Source: Nemertoderma westbladi (Eukaryota; Animalia; Xenacoelomorpha). From it: a stretch of 64,000 bases of DNA. A program made the position numbers and the translations under genes. Of the stretch, positions 11,870 to 23,238 are shown in pieces. Position 1 is the first letter of the stretch. Each line of letters begins with the position of its first letter. The stretch is from contig JAUCBJ010008670.1 in NCBI GenBank assembly GCA_032718475.1, positions 27,923 to 91,922 on the forward strand, given 5' to 3'. The notes beneath the pieces are model-generated. The model had not been told where the DNA came from. It worked only from the letters and a program-made list of their open reading frames with translations, and ran no database searches.

Positions 11870-12162
11870 TACACGTTTAATCTATGATATTTTCCTAATT
11901 TTCGGTAACGTTGGCTGTTGGCATATTTAGGAATTTGATAATTATGCTGAAAAATACCTTAAGAAATATACAGTATTTATAATTAGTGTGGAATATACTG
12001 TAGTTTAACTTTAACCCAGTCGGGAGTTTGATGTCTCTTACTGTCATATACCGCTACCGGTTTTTAGGCCATTGTATTATATTGCTGTATTGTACTTTTT
12101 GCTTACGTTAGTCAGTTAATTAATTATTTAACTTTTAATTATCTTAAGGGGCTATTAAAACT
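11870..12162 (-). repeat. Inverted, diverged copy of the LINE 5' non-coding region at about 1175-1467
   Basis: Reverse complement aligns with 1175-1467, e.g. CAACGTTACCGAAAATTAGGAAAATATCATAGAT and CAATACAGCAATATAATACAATGGCCTAAAAAC. Confidence 0.85.
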
Positions 12163-12613
12163 CCAGCCCCACCACCCCCTTGTAATGCTGAAAGATAGCC
12201 CATTAATTTCTGGACTAAATGAAACTCAATATTAAACAAATGAGTAAACAGGATTGGAAGATATGAGCGAATTAGACACAAACATGCCAAACCTCCCTAC
12301 CCTCCCCTACATCAGTTTAAACATGTCTTAGATATAGAAATCTACAAAAATAGCTTACAAAGCTTACTTTGAAGCTTACTTAAAAATAGCTTACTTTGTG
12401 TTTTTACACACAAACACTGTCAAACACTTCCCGTCTTATGTTTACAGTTTAGTAGGATAGAATTTGAGGACGAGTTAGAGGCTGCCTATATATCCAAATA
12501 AATAAATTAATTCGATATCAAAATAAAAGGTTACAGAGACACTATTTCTATTTTCTTTTGCCTAATCTTCTCTTAATTGCCACTTTTTCATCAACAATTA
12601 TTTGATTTCCAAG

Positions 12614-12763
12614 TTGTTCAATGGCCCATGGAATTATGGACAATACACCAGAATATCTGTATTACAAGAGTATCTACCCAGGGGGATTGGGCCAGAATAT
12701 CCACAGTGATGGTAGCGCTGCAATACTGGAAGAAGCATTGTTTAATTTCTATGATGAAGTGCA
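12614..12763 (+). CDS. CAP/CRISP-ShKT gene, internal exon A (CAP domain)
   Basis: AG acceptor at 12612-13, GTGAGT donor at 12764; translates CSMAHGIMDNTPEYLYYKSIYPGGLGQNIHSDGSAAILEEALFNFYDEV; phase 2 matches the next exon. Confidence 0.8.
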
Positions 12764-13170
12764 GTGAGTTGTTTATGTTTACTCTCAATCCATTTGTATT
12801 TAGTATATTACATTACATTCAACTAAGAGTATAGATACGAGGTCCAACTCACAAAAACAGTAAGTAGTATTCAGGAGCTTATCAACAACAAATATCTAGA
12901 GCTGCCTTTCACAAGTGTAACTTAATAATATATCGAGCATATCCTACTTAGCCACTTGTGGTATGTTGCAGTACTAGTCCATAACTTACTGGAGATGTTT
13001 TCTTTGTCTTAATTTACAATTAATTGAGAAAGACAGCTATTAGCTATTTAAAGCTTGTGAATGTACTACACTTTATCTACTTGTATTTTATTATTTCCCC
13101 GTATTCAAATATATCATATTTTGAGTAAGATAGAATATCATTAATTATAGTTATGGTATGCCTAATTCTA

Positions 13171-13372
13171 ATAGTGGGGTCGCTTGAGGCTAAAAAATAG
13201 CAAAATCGTTAATTGCCGGACAAAAGCATGAAAATGTCTCTGCTAGGGAAATTGTTAATTCTTTTGGTACACAGGCTCAGATTAATTTACATATTTATTT
13301 ACATATATAGTCACATTTTCATGCTTTTGTCCGGTAATTAACGTTTTTCACCTTAAGCGACAACCCCACTAT
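13171..13372. mobile_element. Small foldback MITE in an intron
   Basis: Inverted ends ATAGTGGGGT...ACCCCACTAT and inner arms CGTTAATTGCCGGACAAAAGCATGAAAATG / CATTTTCATGCTTTTGTCCGGTAATTAACG. Confidence 0.75.
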
Positions 13373-13523
13373 ATGCCTAAGATCTATTTCTTGAATTCAA
13401 TGCTTAATTAAATAAAAATAAAACTTCACTGAAAATTTCACTGAAGCTGTAATTAATTAATTAGTTACCAGACTTCCTTCACACACCTACTCACTTCATT
13501 GATTTTCAAATTTTATTTGCAAG

Positions 13524-13752
13524 GCTTTTCAACATGAATAACTGGAAATGCATGGGATTCCCCAATAATCCATCTGTCTCTGATTGGCTAGCCTGTGGAC
13601 ACTTTGACCAAATGATGAGAGAAGGATTGACAAGAATAGCCTGTGCCAGGGGTGAAACCTGCAAGTTTTTGGTTTGCGAGTATTTTACTGGTGTCAACCG
13701 TCTGATACCATGGTGCGATCCTGCACAGCCCGACTATGAACAATGTTTGTTT
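13524..13752 (+). CDS. CAP/CRISP-ShKT gene, exon B (CAP signature region)
   Basis: CGHFDQMMREGLTRIACARGETCKFLVCEY corresponds to the CAP motifs GH(Y/F)TQ..W...GCA and VCNY; AG acceptor, GTAAGT donor at 13753. Confidence 0.88.
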
Positions 13753-14177
13753 GTAAGTAATTATTATCATCTAAAATATACATGAAACAAAGCAAGTAAT
13801 TATTTCTTCTAGATTATTCTTTCGATGCAATCAAAATTCACTCATCCCTTTCCAGGGGAAAATCGACGCAAATAACAATTGATTACTTGCAAAATATAAC
13901 TGTAAGCTGTACAATTGATTGTGTGTTCAATAAAATATGTTTTTATGTTATAAAGTATTGTGTGTGAAATTCCACAGCGAGAGTTAATATTTCGACATAA
14001 ATATGTTGCATTTGGTGAACTTTGTTTCTGGATGTGCTCAATATAAATAATTCCCCCCAACTTTTTAAATGACCAAAAGGGAATAGCTATTCCTCATAAG
14101 AAAATGTAAGGAGAAACACACCACATCAATGGGGCATGGAATAGGAAAACCTACGAGTGTATTTATTGAATGTATTT

Positions 14178-15747
14178 ATGCTACACGAAGTGGGGCCTTC
14201 GCGCAGCACGTGAAATGAGTTAATGCTAAGTATCAACTCGAAAGGATTATAAAAACATAGGAGAAGATTTTCCCGGAAAACGTTAACCCTCTAGCGGGAG
14301 ACTGGGTAACTGAAGAAGGAAGGATTAGTTTCCCTACAAAGCCACATCCTATGGTCTATTACATATCTACCAAGTTTCCGATTGACGGATCATAAATAAC
14401 GAAATGTTGGAAGGTTTTCACTTTCATACATTTAGCCCTCTAGCGGCATATTAAAGAACTACGGATCGATCACCTTCCTCACAAAGACGAGGCATGTGGT
14501 CTAGTACATACCGGTACTGTATATTCCAAAATTCAGCTTAAATAGATTAAGATCAAGGAATTCGCAAAGGTTATCACTTTCCTACATTTCGCCCTCTAGC
14601 GGCAGACTCGAAAACTCCGGACCGATTACTGTCCACACAAAGACTTAGGATGTCTTCTAGTACATATATGACAAGTTTCAGCGTAATCAGATCATAAACA
14701 ACTAAATGGAAGAATAATTTCACATTCGGGACATTTCGCCCTCTAGCGGCAGACTGGAGAACTGCAGACAGATTAGCCTCCTTTGAAATTTACAGCTAAT
14801 GGTCTAGTACATACTTCCCAAGTTTCAGCTTAAACGGATTAAAAGCAAAGAAATGGGTGGCCATTTAATGTTTAGACATGTGGCCCTCTAGCGGGAGACT
14901 GGAAAACTTCGGACCGATTACAATCCACACAAAGACTCAGGATGTCTTCTAGTACATATATGACAAGTTTCAGCGTAATCAGATCATAAACAACTAAATG
15001 GAAGAATAATTTCACATTCGGGACATTTCGCCCTCTAGCGGCAGACTGGAGAACTGCAGACAGATTAGCCTCCTTTGAAATTTACAGCTAATGGTCTAGT
15101 ACATACTTCCCAAGTTTCAGCTTAAACGGATTAAAAGCAAAGAAATGGGTGGCCATTTAATGTTTAGACATGTGGCCCTCTAGCGGGAGACTGGAAAACT
15201 TCGGACCGATTACAATCCACACAAAGACTCAGGATGTCATCTAGTACATATATGACAAGTTTCAGCGTAATCAGATCATAAACAACTAAATGGAAGAATA
15301 ATTTCACATTCGGGACATTTCGCCCTCTAGCGGCAGACTGGAGAACTGCAGACAGATTAGCCTCCTTTGAAATTTACAGCTAATGGTCTAGTACATACTT
15401 CCCAAGTTTCAGCTTAAACGGATTAAAAGCAAAGAAATGGGTGGCCATTTAATGTTTAGACATGTGGCCCTCTAGCGGGAGACCATTGCACTGATGGTGT
15501 CTGAAAGTCTCTCAAAAATCTCAACTTTTGCTCATATTGATACCTACAAATTTTCAACTTGGCAGCTTTAAATCCGACAAAGTTATTAGCATGTCAAAAT
15601 CGTAACGACGACGACAACGACGACGACGACAACGACGACGACGACAACGACGACGACGACGACGACGACAACTATTTGCATAAATTGACCCACCCCCTAA
15701 CAGTGTCAATTCGCTAAGGCTCCGCCAACTTCGTGGCTCGCCCCACA
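14178..15747 (-). mobile_element. Helentron-like non-autonomous element, copy 2, carrying a 146/292-bp tandem array and a (GAC/AAC)n microsatellite
   Basis: Terminal hairpin ATGCTACACGAAG-TGGGGC-CTTCGCGCAGCAC; short inverted GTGGGGC/GCCCCAC; microsatellite at about 15604-15672; nine CCCTCTAGCGG units; ends shared with 6274-7738. Confidence 0.7.
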
Positions 15748-15876
15748 AATATTCATGATTACAATTCAATCATGATACTGATGCAGGAAACATAGGGTGA
15801 CAGTCATTTAATAAAAATTCCGCAATGGGAAATGATAATAGATTTTTGTAATATTTTTTATGAAATTATTTATCAG

Positions 15877-16029
15877 GACATGCAAGTAGAGCAGTTCTTT
15901 AACGAAGGGACCCAATGCAGTGCCTGTCTGGATGGCCGTGTCTGTCGGGGTGGTTTGTGTGCCCTTCCTGATGAAGAGAGGGATCTGGTAGAAGAATTAC
16001 CAAATTGCTCCAATGATGCACATCAAGAT
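15877..16029 (+). CDS. CAP/CRISP-ShKT gene, exon C (Cys-rich hinge and first Cys of ShKT-1)
   Basis: FFNEGTQCSACLDGRVCRGGLC matches the CRISP hinge pattern G.PCS.C....C...LC; phase 0 at both ends, GTTAGT donor. Confidence 0.82.
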
Positions 16030-16489
16030 GTTAGTTTAGAACTGAACAATTAATTGAACTTTTAAATTAGTGTATTCACACTTACACACTTAAATTGGTT
16101 ATATTCCTTATTATTTAGACTGTTATGTAATTTGTAGTTTTTATATTCGTTATTTTATAGACTGTTATTTTAATGCCTATTGTTTTTACATATTCATAAT
16201 TAATGTATTTTAATTAGTAATTTCATTAGAAATCTTTTTTATTAAGAACATTCAACAACAACAACATTTATTTTATAATTAACACACCACAATTGTCTTT
16301 TGATGTGTTTAATTTGATTTACACAAAGTCAAGTCCTGAAAAATAGTGTTGTTATTCAGGTACCTGGCATCCTGCAATTATACAGTACAATAATACTGTA
16401 GTAACACTACAGACAAACACAGTCCAAATTTATAAACACAGTCAAATAACGAGAGCTAGATTGCTGTAACTGCCTACCCTATTGCTGTA

Positions 16490-17429
16490 TTGCCTATGGC
16501 TGCCAATTTATCAGATAACAGACTACAGTTTAACAACAATAGTAGATTAAATGCACTTACAAACAAAGAACAGAAAGAGGAGCTAATTAGGCGCAAGCTG
16601 CCTAGCTCTGGAGCTAAGGCCACTCTTTTGTTGCGATTGCAAACATATGCAAATGAACATACCCATTACCGGTAACTTTGGAACCGGATTTTGAAAAAAT
16701 TGAGATACAAACACCGTGTACGCTAATGATACTCACAATAGCAACTCGGATGTTGAAACAATTAACGATGACGAGTTGCGAAAAGAAGTACGACTATCAA
16801 GTTCAGTCGTCTTAGGTGGAGCAGTGGAACTAACTGGCGAGTTACAATCCCTACCGGTTACTACTGCAGATAGACCTGAAGCAGTATCACCATTGTCTGT
16901 CGCCTACTGTACTCCTCAATCCTACAACCGCTCATATACCGGTACCCCTAACTGGAATACATATCGGTACAGTCAGAGTGAAACCTTTACCCGACTTACT
17001 GGTACATTCAGTCCGAACCAGGAAACAGACTACTGATCTTCAGACAACCAACGCCTGTTAGACGATCTACTTCAACGTGTAAATACACTAGAAATGGTAC
17101 TGACACAATTGAAAGCCATACGCCAAGGAGACATGATTCGAATATCACAACTTGAGGACAAGATCGAAAGAATAAACAATCAACCTAGGTCCACTGATAA
17201 TGTAAACATAACAGTAAATGATGGTGGTATAGGTACAGGTAATAATAAAGTTAACTCCAACTCATCCATAAATTACCAAAAAGTACCGGTTGTATATTTG
17301 GAACCTCCAGTACCCTCGCGAATGTCCCTCACATCAGTCAACTCAACCTTGACTGGTAACGAGAATGTAGCTTCCCAAACAAGCTCAACGAATACCATAA
17401 TTCCTATACCTAATTATATATATAATATA
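16490..17429 (+). pseudogene. Degenerate ORF1/gag-like relic with an N-terminal SAP-like motif and a coiled coil
   Basis: LNALTNKEQKEELIRRKLPSSGAKATLLLRLQ fits the SAP consensus; heptads LLQRVNTLEMVLTQLKAIRQGDMIRISQLEDKIERI; broken into three ORFs and ends at the MITE. Confidence 0.55.
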
Positions 17430-20400
17430 CACTGTGTCCCGTAATATAGTGCCATTTTCTGATGACACGGACACCCCCCCCCCCCCCCCCCAGATTCTTC
17501 TACAAATCTGTATCATATTGCTTGAACTTTGAAACACAACTAGTTCCACTCACCGTGGTTGACCCCATGAAGCCGGAATTTTCGATTCTGCCTTTAAATT
17601 TTTTTTTATAGGCGTTTTAAAAAAATGGCTTTTGCGAAATCGCACCCTCCGTATCGTGGCCATTCTTCTCATTAGTCGTAATTTGTTCATATCATTAGAA
17701 AGCTTAGCTTGCCTTGCAAGGATTCGAAATATGTAACAATATCTGAATTTCGTTGAGAAACAACTGAGATATAGGCGTTCAAAGATTACAAGAAGTATCA
17801 TTCGCTGAAGGACATTTATTATATTCAACTAGAAAGCCTGTGGCCCTTCGGGCCACAGCTTTCTAGTGCACGTGCAGATGATATATGAATATGTGTGAGA
17901 GATTTGAGAACTGCATACGGAACAGACACCATCATTAAATAAAACACCACCCCCATAAGAGATAACTGTCAAGTTTCAACTTTAGGCAGATTGTAAATAA
18001 CAAAATTTCCAGAAAATGATCACTTTCAGATCCACCCTCTACCTGCGGACTGGTGAAATGCAGACGGCGCTGCAGTTTGGTAAAGATTGGGTTTATGGTG
18101 AAGTAAAATGCCTGCCTTTCATGTTTCAGCTTAAACAGATTGTAAATAACAAAATTGGTGTAGATGTTCACATTCAGACATTTCACCCTCTAGCGGTAGA
18201 CTGAAGAACTGTAGACGACTCTGGGACTCCGTAAAGATACAGAATATGCTGTAGTAGACTCCTGCCAAGTTCCAGCTCAATAGGATTAAAAAGAACCAAA
18301 TGGGATGAGGTGTTCACTATCAGATATTTCGCCCTCTAGCGGCAGATACGGACTGCCACCAGCGGGGATCGAACCCGCGTCTCCCGAAAAACGTTCAGTT
18401 ATGCTAACCACTTAGAACTCTGTGACTCCGAAAAGGTACAGCCTATGCTGTAGTAGAAGCCTACCAAGTTTCAGTCTAAACCGTTAGTAAATAACAAGTT
18501 GGAGAAGATGTTAACTTTCAGACATTTCACCCTCTAGCGGTAGACTGGGGAAGTGAATAGGATTCTGCAACCCCGTAAAGATACAGCCTATGATGTAGTA
18601 GATACCAACCAAGTTTCAGCTCAAAATGATTAAAAAGAACCAAATGGGATGAGGTTTTCACTATCAGACAATTCGCCCTCTAGCGGCTGACTGTGGAACT
18701 GTAGATGACTCTACTACTCCGCAAAGATATAGCCTATGCTATAGTAGATGCCTACCAAGTTTCAGTCTAAAAGGATTGTAAATAACAAAGTTGGAGGAGA
18801 TGTTAACTTTCAGACATTTCGCCCTCTAGCGGTAGACTGGGGAATTGTAGACGACTCTGCGACTCAGTAAAGATACAGCCTTTGCTGTAGTAGATGCCTA
18901 CCAAGTTTCAGTCTAAACGGATTGTAAATAACAAAGTTGGAGAAGATGTTAACTCTCAGACATTTAGCCCTCTAGCGGTAGACTGGGGAATTGTAGACGA
19001 CTCTGTGACTCAGTAAAGATACAGCCTTTGCTGTAGTAGATGCCTACCAAGTTTCAGTCTAAACGGATTGTAAATAACAAAGTTGGAGAAGATGTTAACT
19101 CTCAGACATTTCGCCCTCTAGCGGTAGACTGGGGAATTGTAGACGACTCTGCGACTCAGTAAAGATACAGCCTTTGCTGTAGTAGATGCCTACCAAGTTT
19201 CAGTCTAAACGGATTGAAAATAACAAAGTTGGAGAAGATGTTAACTCTCAGACATTTAGCCCTCTAACGGTAGACTGGGGAATTGTAGACGACTCTGCGA
19301 CTCAGTAAAGATACAGCCTTTGCTGTAGTAGATGCCTACCAAGTTTCAGTCTAAACGGATTGTAAATAACAAAGTTGGAGAAGATGTTAACTTTCAGACA
19401 TTTCGCCCTCTAGCGGTAGACTGGGGAATTGTAGACGACTCTGCGACTCAGTAAAGATACAGCCTTTGCTGTAGTAGATGCCTACCAAGTTTCAGTCTAA
19501 ACGGATTGTAAATAACAAAGTTGGAGAAGATGTTATCTCTCAGACATTTAGCCCTCTAACGGTAGACTGGGGAATTGTAGACGACTCTGCGACTCAGTAA
19601 AGATACAGCCTTTGCTGTAGTAGATGCCTACCAAGTTTCAGTCTAAACGGATTGTAAATAACAAAGTTGGAGAAGATGTTAACTTTCAGACATTTCGCCC
19701 TCTAGCGGTAGACTGGGGAATTGTAGACGACTCTGCGACTCAGTAAAGATACAGCCTTGGCTGTAGTAGATGCCTACCAAGTTTCAGTCTAAACGGATTG
19801 TAAATAACAAAGTTGGAGAAGATGTTAACTCTCAGACATTTAGCCCTCTAACGGTAGACTGGGGAACTGTGGACAACTCAGTGACTCCGGAAATATACAG
19901 CCTATGCTGCTGCTGCAGTATATAGCAACCAAGTTTCAGCTCAAAAGCATTAAAAACAACCCAATGAGATCAGGTTTTCAGTATCGAACAATTCGCCCTC
20001 TAGCGGCAGACGGTGGAACTTCAGACGGCTCTGAGTATTACATTGCAACAAGTTAGGGCAAGACCTATCTAACGAGCTATAGTAAGCGAGATTTCATCGA
20101 GATTAGATGTATAATATTAGATAAAATAATAATACAGTAAGTATAGGCCTACAGAAATAATTATTTTACTTTTAATATTCATAACAGTAAAACAAAAATG
20201 TTATAAACCTCTCCTTCCATAAAGCCAATGATTGAGAAAGCAGAATTACTCTTGAGCAGTTCGCAACAGACAACCCAAACCCACCCCAATCAACACTCCA
20301 GCCTGCTTGCTCCTTATCTGTGCCCAGCCAGCTAGCTGCGAGTTCAATAATTACCTTAACGTTGCTATGATACAGAAAACAATCCTTCCCTATTCAATAA

Positions 20401-21331
20401 CTATACGCCAATTCGATCCTGCTTGGCGAATATGACATATTTATACACTATTTGATTTTTAATCAATAAATAATCATACATATTTATATTAAACACTCGA
20501 ATAAAATAAAAACTTTGTGAGAATGGGACACGGCGAATCTACTCATGTTAATTTTATACCAGATGGGATAAATGTTACCCCTCTAAATCATTAATTACCG
20601 ATAGAAGAACCGAAATAATTCGATAAATTTCGCCCGAAAATCACGAAAATCGCCCAGCGGCAGACGGGTGAACTTCCGACGGCTCTGAGTATTACGTTGC
20701 AACGAGTTAGGGCGAGACCTTTCTAACGAGATATAGCAAGCGAGATTTCATCGAGATGGGTTCGATTGTATAGCCGATGACAAACACACAGACAGACAAT
20801 CGATATTTATATATATAGATAAATACACAATATTCTAGAAAGTGTTATTTATTTTATGAGTTGGTAGGCAGCAGCAGGATGCCTATCCAATAGATCTATT
20901 GTGTAGCTAGTCATACTTAAACAAAATGTTCCAGAACATCGTGTATTTATTAAATAGAATAAATGGCTTTCAGTGAACAATAATTCTTGCAATCTTTGAA
21001 CGCCTATATCTCAGATATTTCTCAACGAAATTCAGATATTGTTACATATTATGAATCCTTGCAACGCAAGCTTTCTAATGATATGAAAAAATTACGACTA
21101 ATGCGAAGAATGGCCACGATACGGAAGGTGCGATTTCGCAAGACACTTTTTTAAAACGCCTATAAAAAAATTTAAAGGTAAAATCGAAAATTCCGGCTTC
21201 ATGGGGTCAACCACGGTGAGTTGAACTAGTTGTGTTTCAAAGTATAATCAATATGATAAAGATTTGTAGAAAAATCTGGGGGGGGGGGGTCCGTGTCATC
21301 AGAAAATGACACTATATTACGGGACATGGTG
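17430..21331. mobile_element. Long-TIR MITE (Tc1/mariner-like termini) split by a Helitron
   Basis: TA|CACTGTGTCCCGTAATATAGTG ... CACTATATTACGGGACATGGTG; arms of about 400 bp at 17430-17828 and about 20945-21331. Confidence 0.85.
17829..20819 (-). mobile_element. Non-autonomous Helitron carrying a 146-bp tandem array
   Basis: Minus strand begins A|TCTATATATATAAA and ends with hairpin CTGTGGCCC-GAA-GGGCCACAG then CTAG|T; no TSD; removal restores TTCAATAAATACAC, as seen in the sister MITE at 47411. Confidence 0.9.
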
Positions 21332-21400
21332 AATATTAATATTGTAAGAATTCAAAAGGTGACAACTTATATGATCAATCACTAAAAATTTATTTTACAG

Positions 21401-21471
21401 GTACCTACAAAACTAACATATTACAATAAATGTAAAGTCTGATTTGCTGATGGCTGTATCACGAATCACCG
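21401..21471 (+). pseudogene. CAP/CRISP-ShKT gene, candidate exon D (middle of ShKT-1) with an in-frame TGA
   Basis: Strong TTTATTTTACAG acceptor; VPTKLTYYNKCKV*FADGCITNH supplies the two Cys missing between exons C and E; TGA at 21440-21442 lies at the C-x-x-W position; donor phase does not cleanly fit exon E. Confidence 0.5.
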
Positions 21472-21518
21472 GTAGGTGCATTTTGTGAATTTTTGCATTT
21501 TATATGTAAATGGAAGTC

Positions 21519-21625
21519 GGGGTAGCTCAGTTGGTTGAGCGCTGGGCCGCAATCTAATGGGTAGTAGCTCTCGAAAGAGGAGCCTTTGGGGTCACCTCCG
21601 GCTTCGGCCGACTGTTTGCTTGCTT
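21519..21625 (+). mobile_element. Internally deleted tRNA-derived SINE
   Basis: A-box GTAGCTCAGTTGGTTGAGCG joined to the family 3' end GAAAGAGGAGCCTT...GACTGTTTGCTT. Confidence 0.7.
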
Positions 21626-22169
21626 TTACATGTAAATGGGGTCTGTAATAAGTGTCAAATGCATGGCTAGGTCCAATTCGACATTTGGAATATTTATTCG
21701 ACTGTGTTTGACGATAAAATAGATATAATGGAGTGTATTTGACTGTGTTTATAAATTTAGACTGTATTTGTCGTGTTACTATTATTGTACTATCTGCTAT
21801 TATAGTGATTTGTTTGTTCTGTTGGAAAGTTGGCCATGCAAGGATTCCTAATATAATTGCAAATGATTACTGGCCTTCGGGTACTTCTGTAATTACTTTC
21901 AGTTTGGTCTTTCTTTTGTTGTGTACGGGTTCCAAAAGCATTTAGCTTTCTTATGCCCTAAACTAGTAAACATTAAACTAATATATTTAAAGTTGTATTA
22001 TAAGTTATCTTGAATTCAACTATTGTATCATATTCATATGTAGTAAGTTGGTGACTCAGGTTAAAATTTTACCAAGTTCGTTGCTAAAGAAACAAATGAA
22101 AATTTTTGGAAAAATTATTTCTGAGTCATAAATGTAATTGAGATCATATTATTGTTGGTTTGGTATTGA

Positions 22170-22430
22170 TGTAGCTCAGTTGGTTGAGCGCCATGCCTAC
22201 AATCTATAGCTTGTGGGTTCCAAACCTGCCCAGTTCCACAGCCTTTCATCCCATGGGGTTGATAAAATGATTACCAGTTAATTTACTGGGATCAAAACAA
22301 GGGATAGGAGTAGAGCCCACCCCTATATACCTTCGGATAGCAGATAGGAGTAGCGGCCACCCTTACCTTCGGGTAGCAGGTATTGAAAGAGGAGCCTTCG
22401 GATCGCTGGCTTTGGCTGACTGTTTGCTTT
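22170..22430 (+). mobile_element. tRNA-derived SINE
   Basis: A-box TAGCTCAGTTGG, B-box-like GGTTCCAAACC, central CAGCCTTTCATCCCATGGGGTTGATAAAATGATTACCAG; homologous copies at 21519 and 39008. Confidence 0.85.
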
Positions 22431-22445
22431 TTTTGCTTTGGTTTT

Positions 22446-23094
22446 TATGGAAGCCCATAATGGCCACATTACCACAAAGGGAGCTTAATGTGCCGTAGTA
22501 AATGTGCCGTGGTCTACCGCAACATTTAGAAGGTGCCGTGGTAAATGTGCCGTGTTCTTCCGCAATACATTTAGAATGTGCCGTGTTCTTCCGCAATACA
22601 TTTAGAATGTGCCGTGGACTACTGCATCATTAATACGTGTTTTCTTTCAGTGTCTGAGACCTAGCTAGGCCTAAGGTAACTGATACTGAAAGTATCACGA
22701 AATGGAAACACTAAAAGCGAACACGTATTAATGTTGCAGTAGCCTGACCACGGTACATTTACTACAGCACATTATAAATGTTGCGGTAGACCATGGCACA
22801 TTTACTATGGCCCATTCTAAATGTTGCGGTAGACCACGGCATATTTATCATGGCACATTCTAAATGTTGTGGTAGATCATGGCACATTTACCACAGCACA
22901 TTCTAAATGTTGCGGTAGACCATGGCACATTTACCACAGCACATTCTAAATGTTGCAGTAGACCATGGCACATTTTTCGCGGCACATTCTAAATGTTGTG
23001 GTAGACCACAGCACATTTACTACGGCACATTAAGTTCCCATAGAGTTAATGCTAGCTTTTCTTTGTGGTAATGTGGCCGTTATTGGCTTCCGTA
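22446..23094. mobile_element. Foldback element whose arms contain ~39-bp subrepeats
   Basis: TIR TATGGAAGCCCATAATGGCCACATTACCACAAAG / CTTTGTGGTAATGTGGCCGTTATTGGCTTCCGTA; arms built from GGCACATTTAC...CACATTCTAAATGTTGCGGTAGACC units in unequal number. Confidence 0.8.
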
Positions 23095-23238
23095 GGTGTT
23101 GAGCATTTATTATTATTATGTATATTTATTATTAATATTTTTTTTATCATTTTTAATATTTTTGTTATTAATTATATCTATTAATTATATTATTTATTTA
23201 TGAAAAGTATCCTCCTTCATAATGATTTGAAAATTCAG

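Noticed and set aside
15554-15769. Arg-rich protamine-like ORF
   Set aside because: Translation of the (GTC)n microsatellite inside a mobile element
22170-22245. Functional tRNA gene
   Set aside because: Has A/B boxes but no intact cloverleaf by eye, and continues into a SINE body found in three copies
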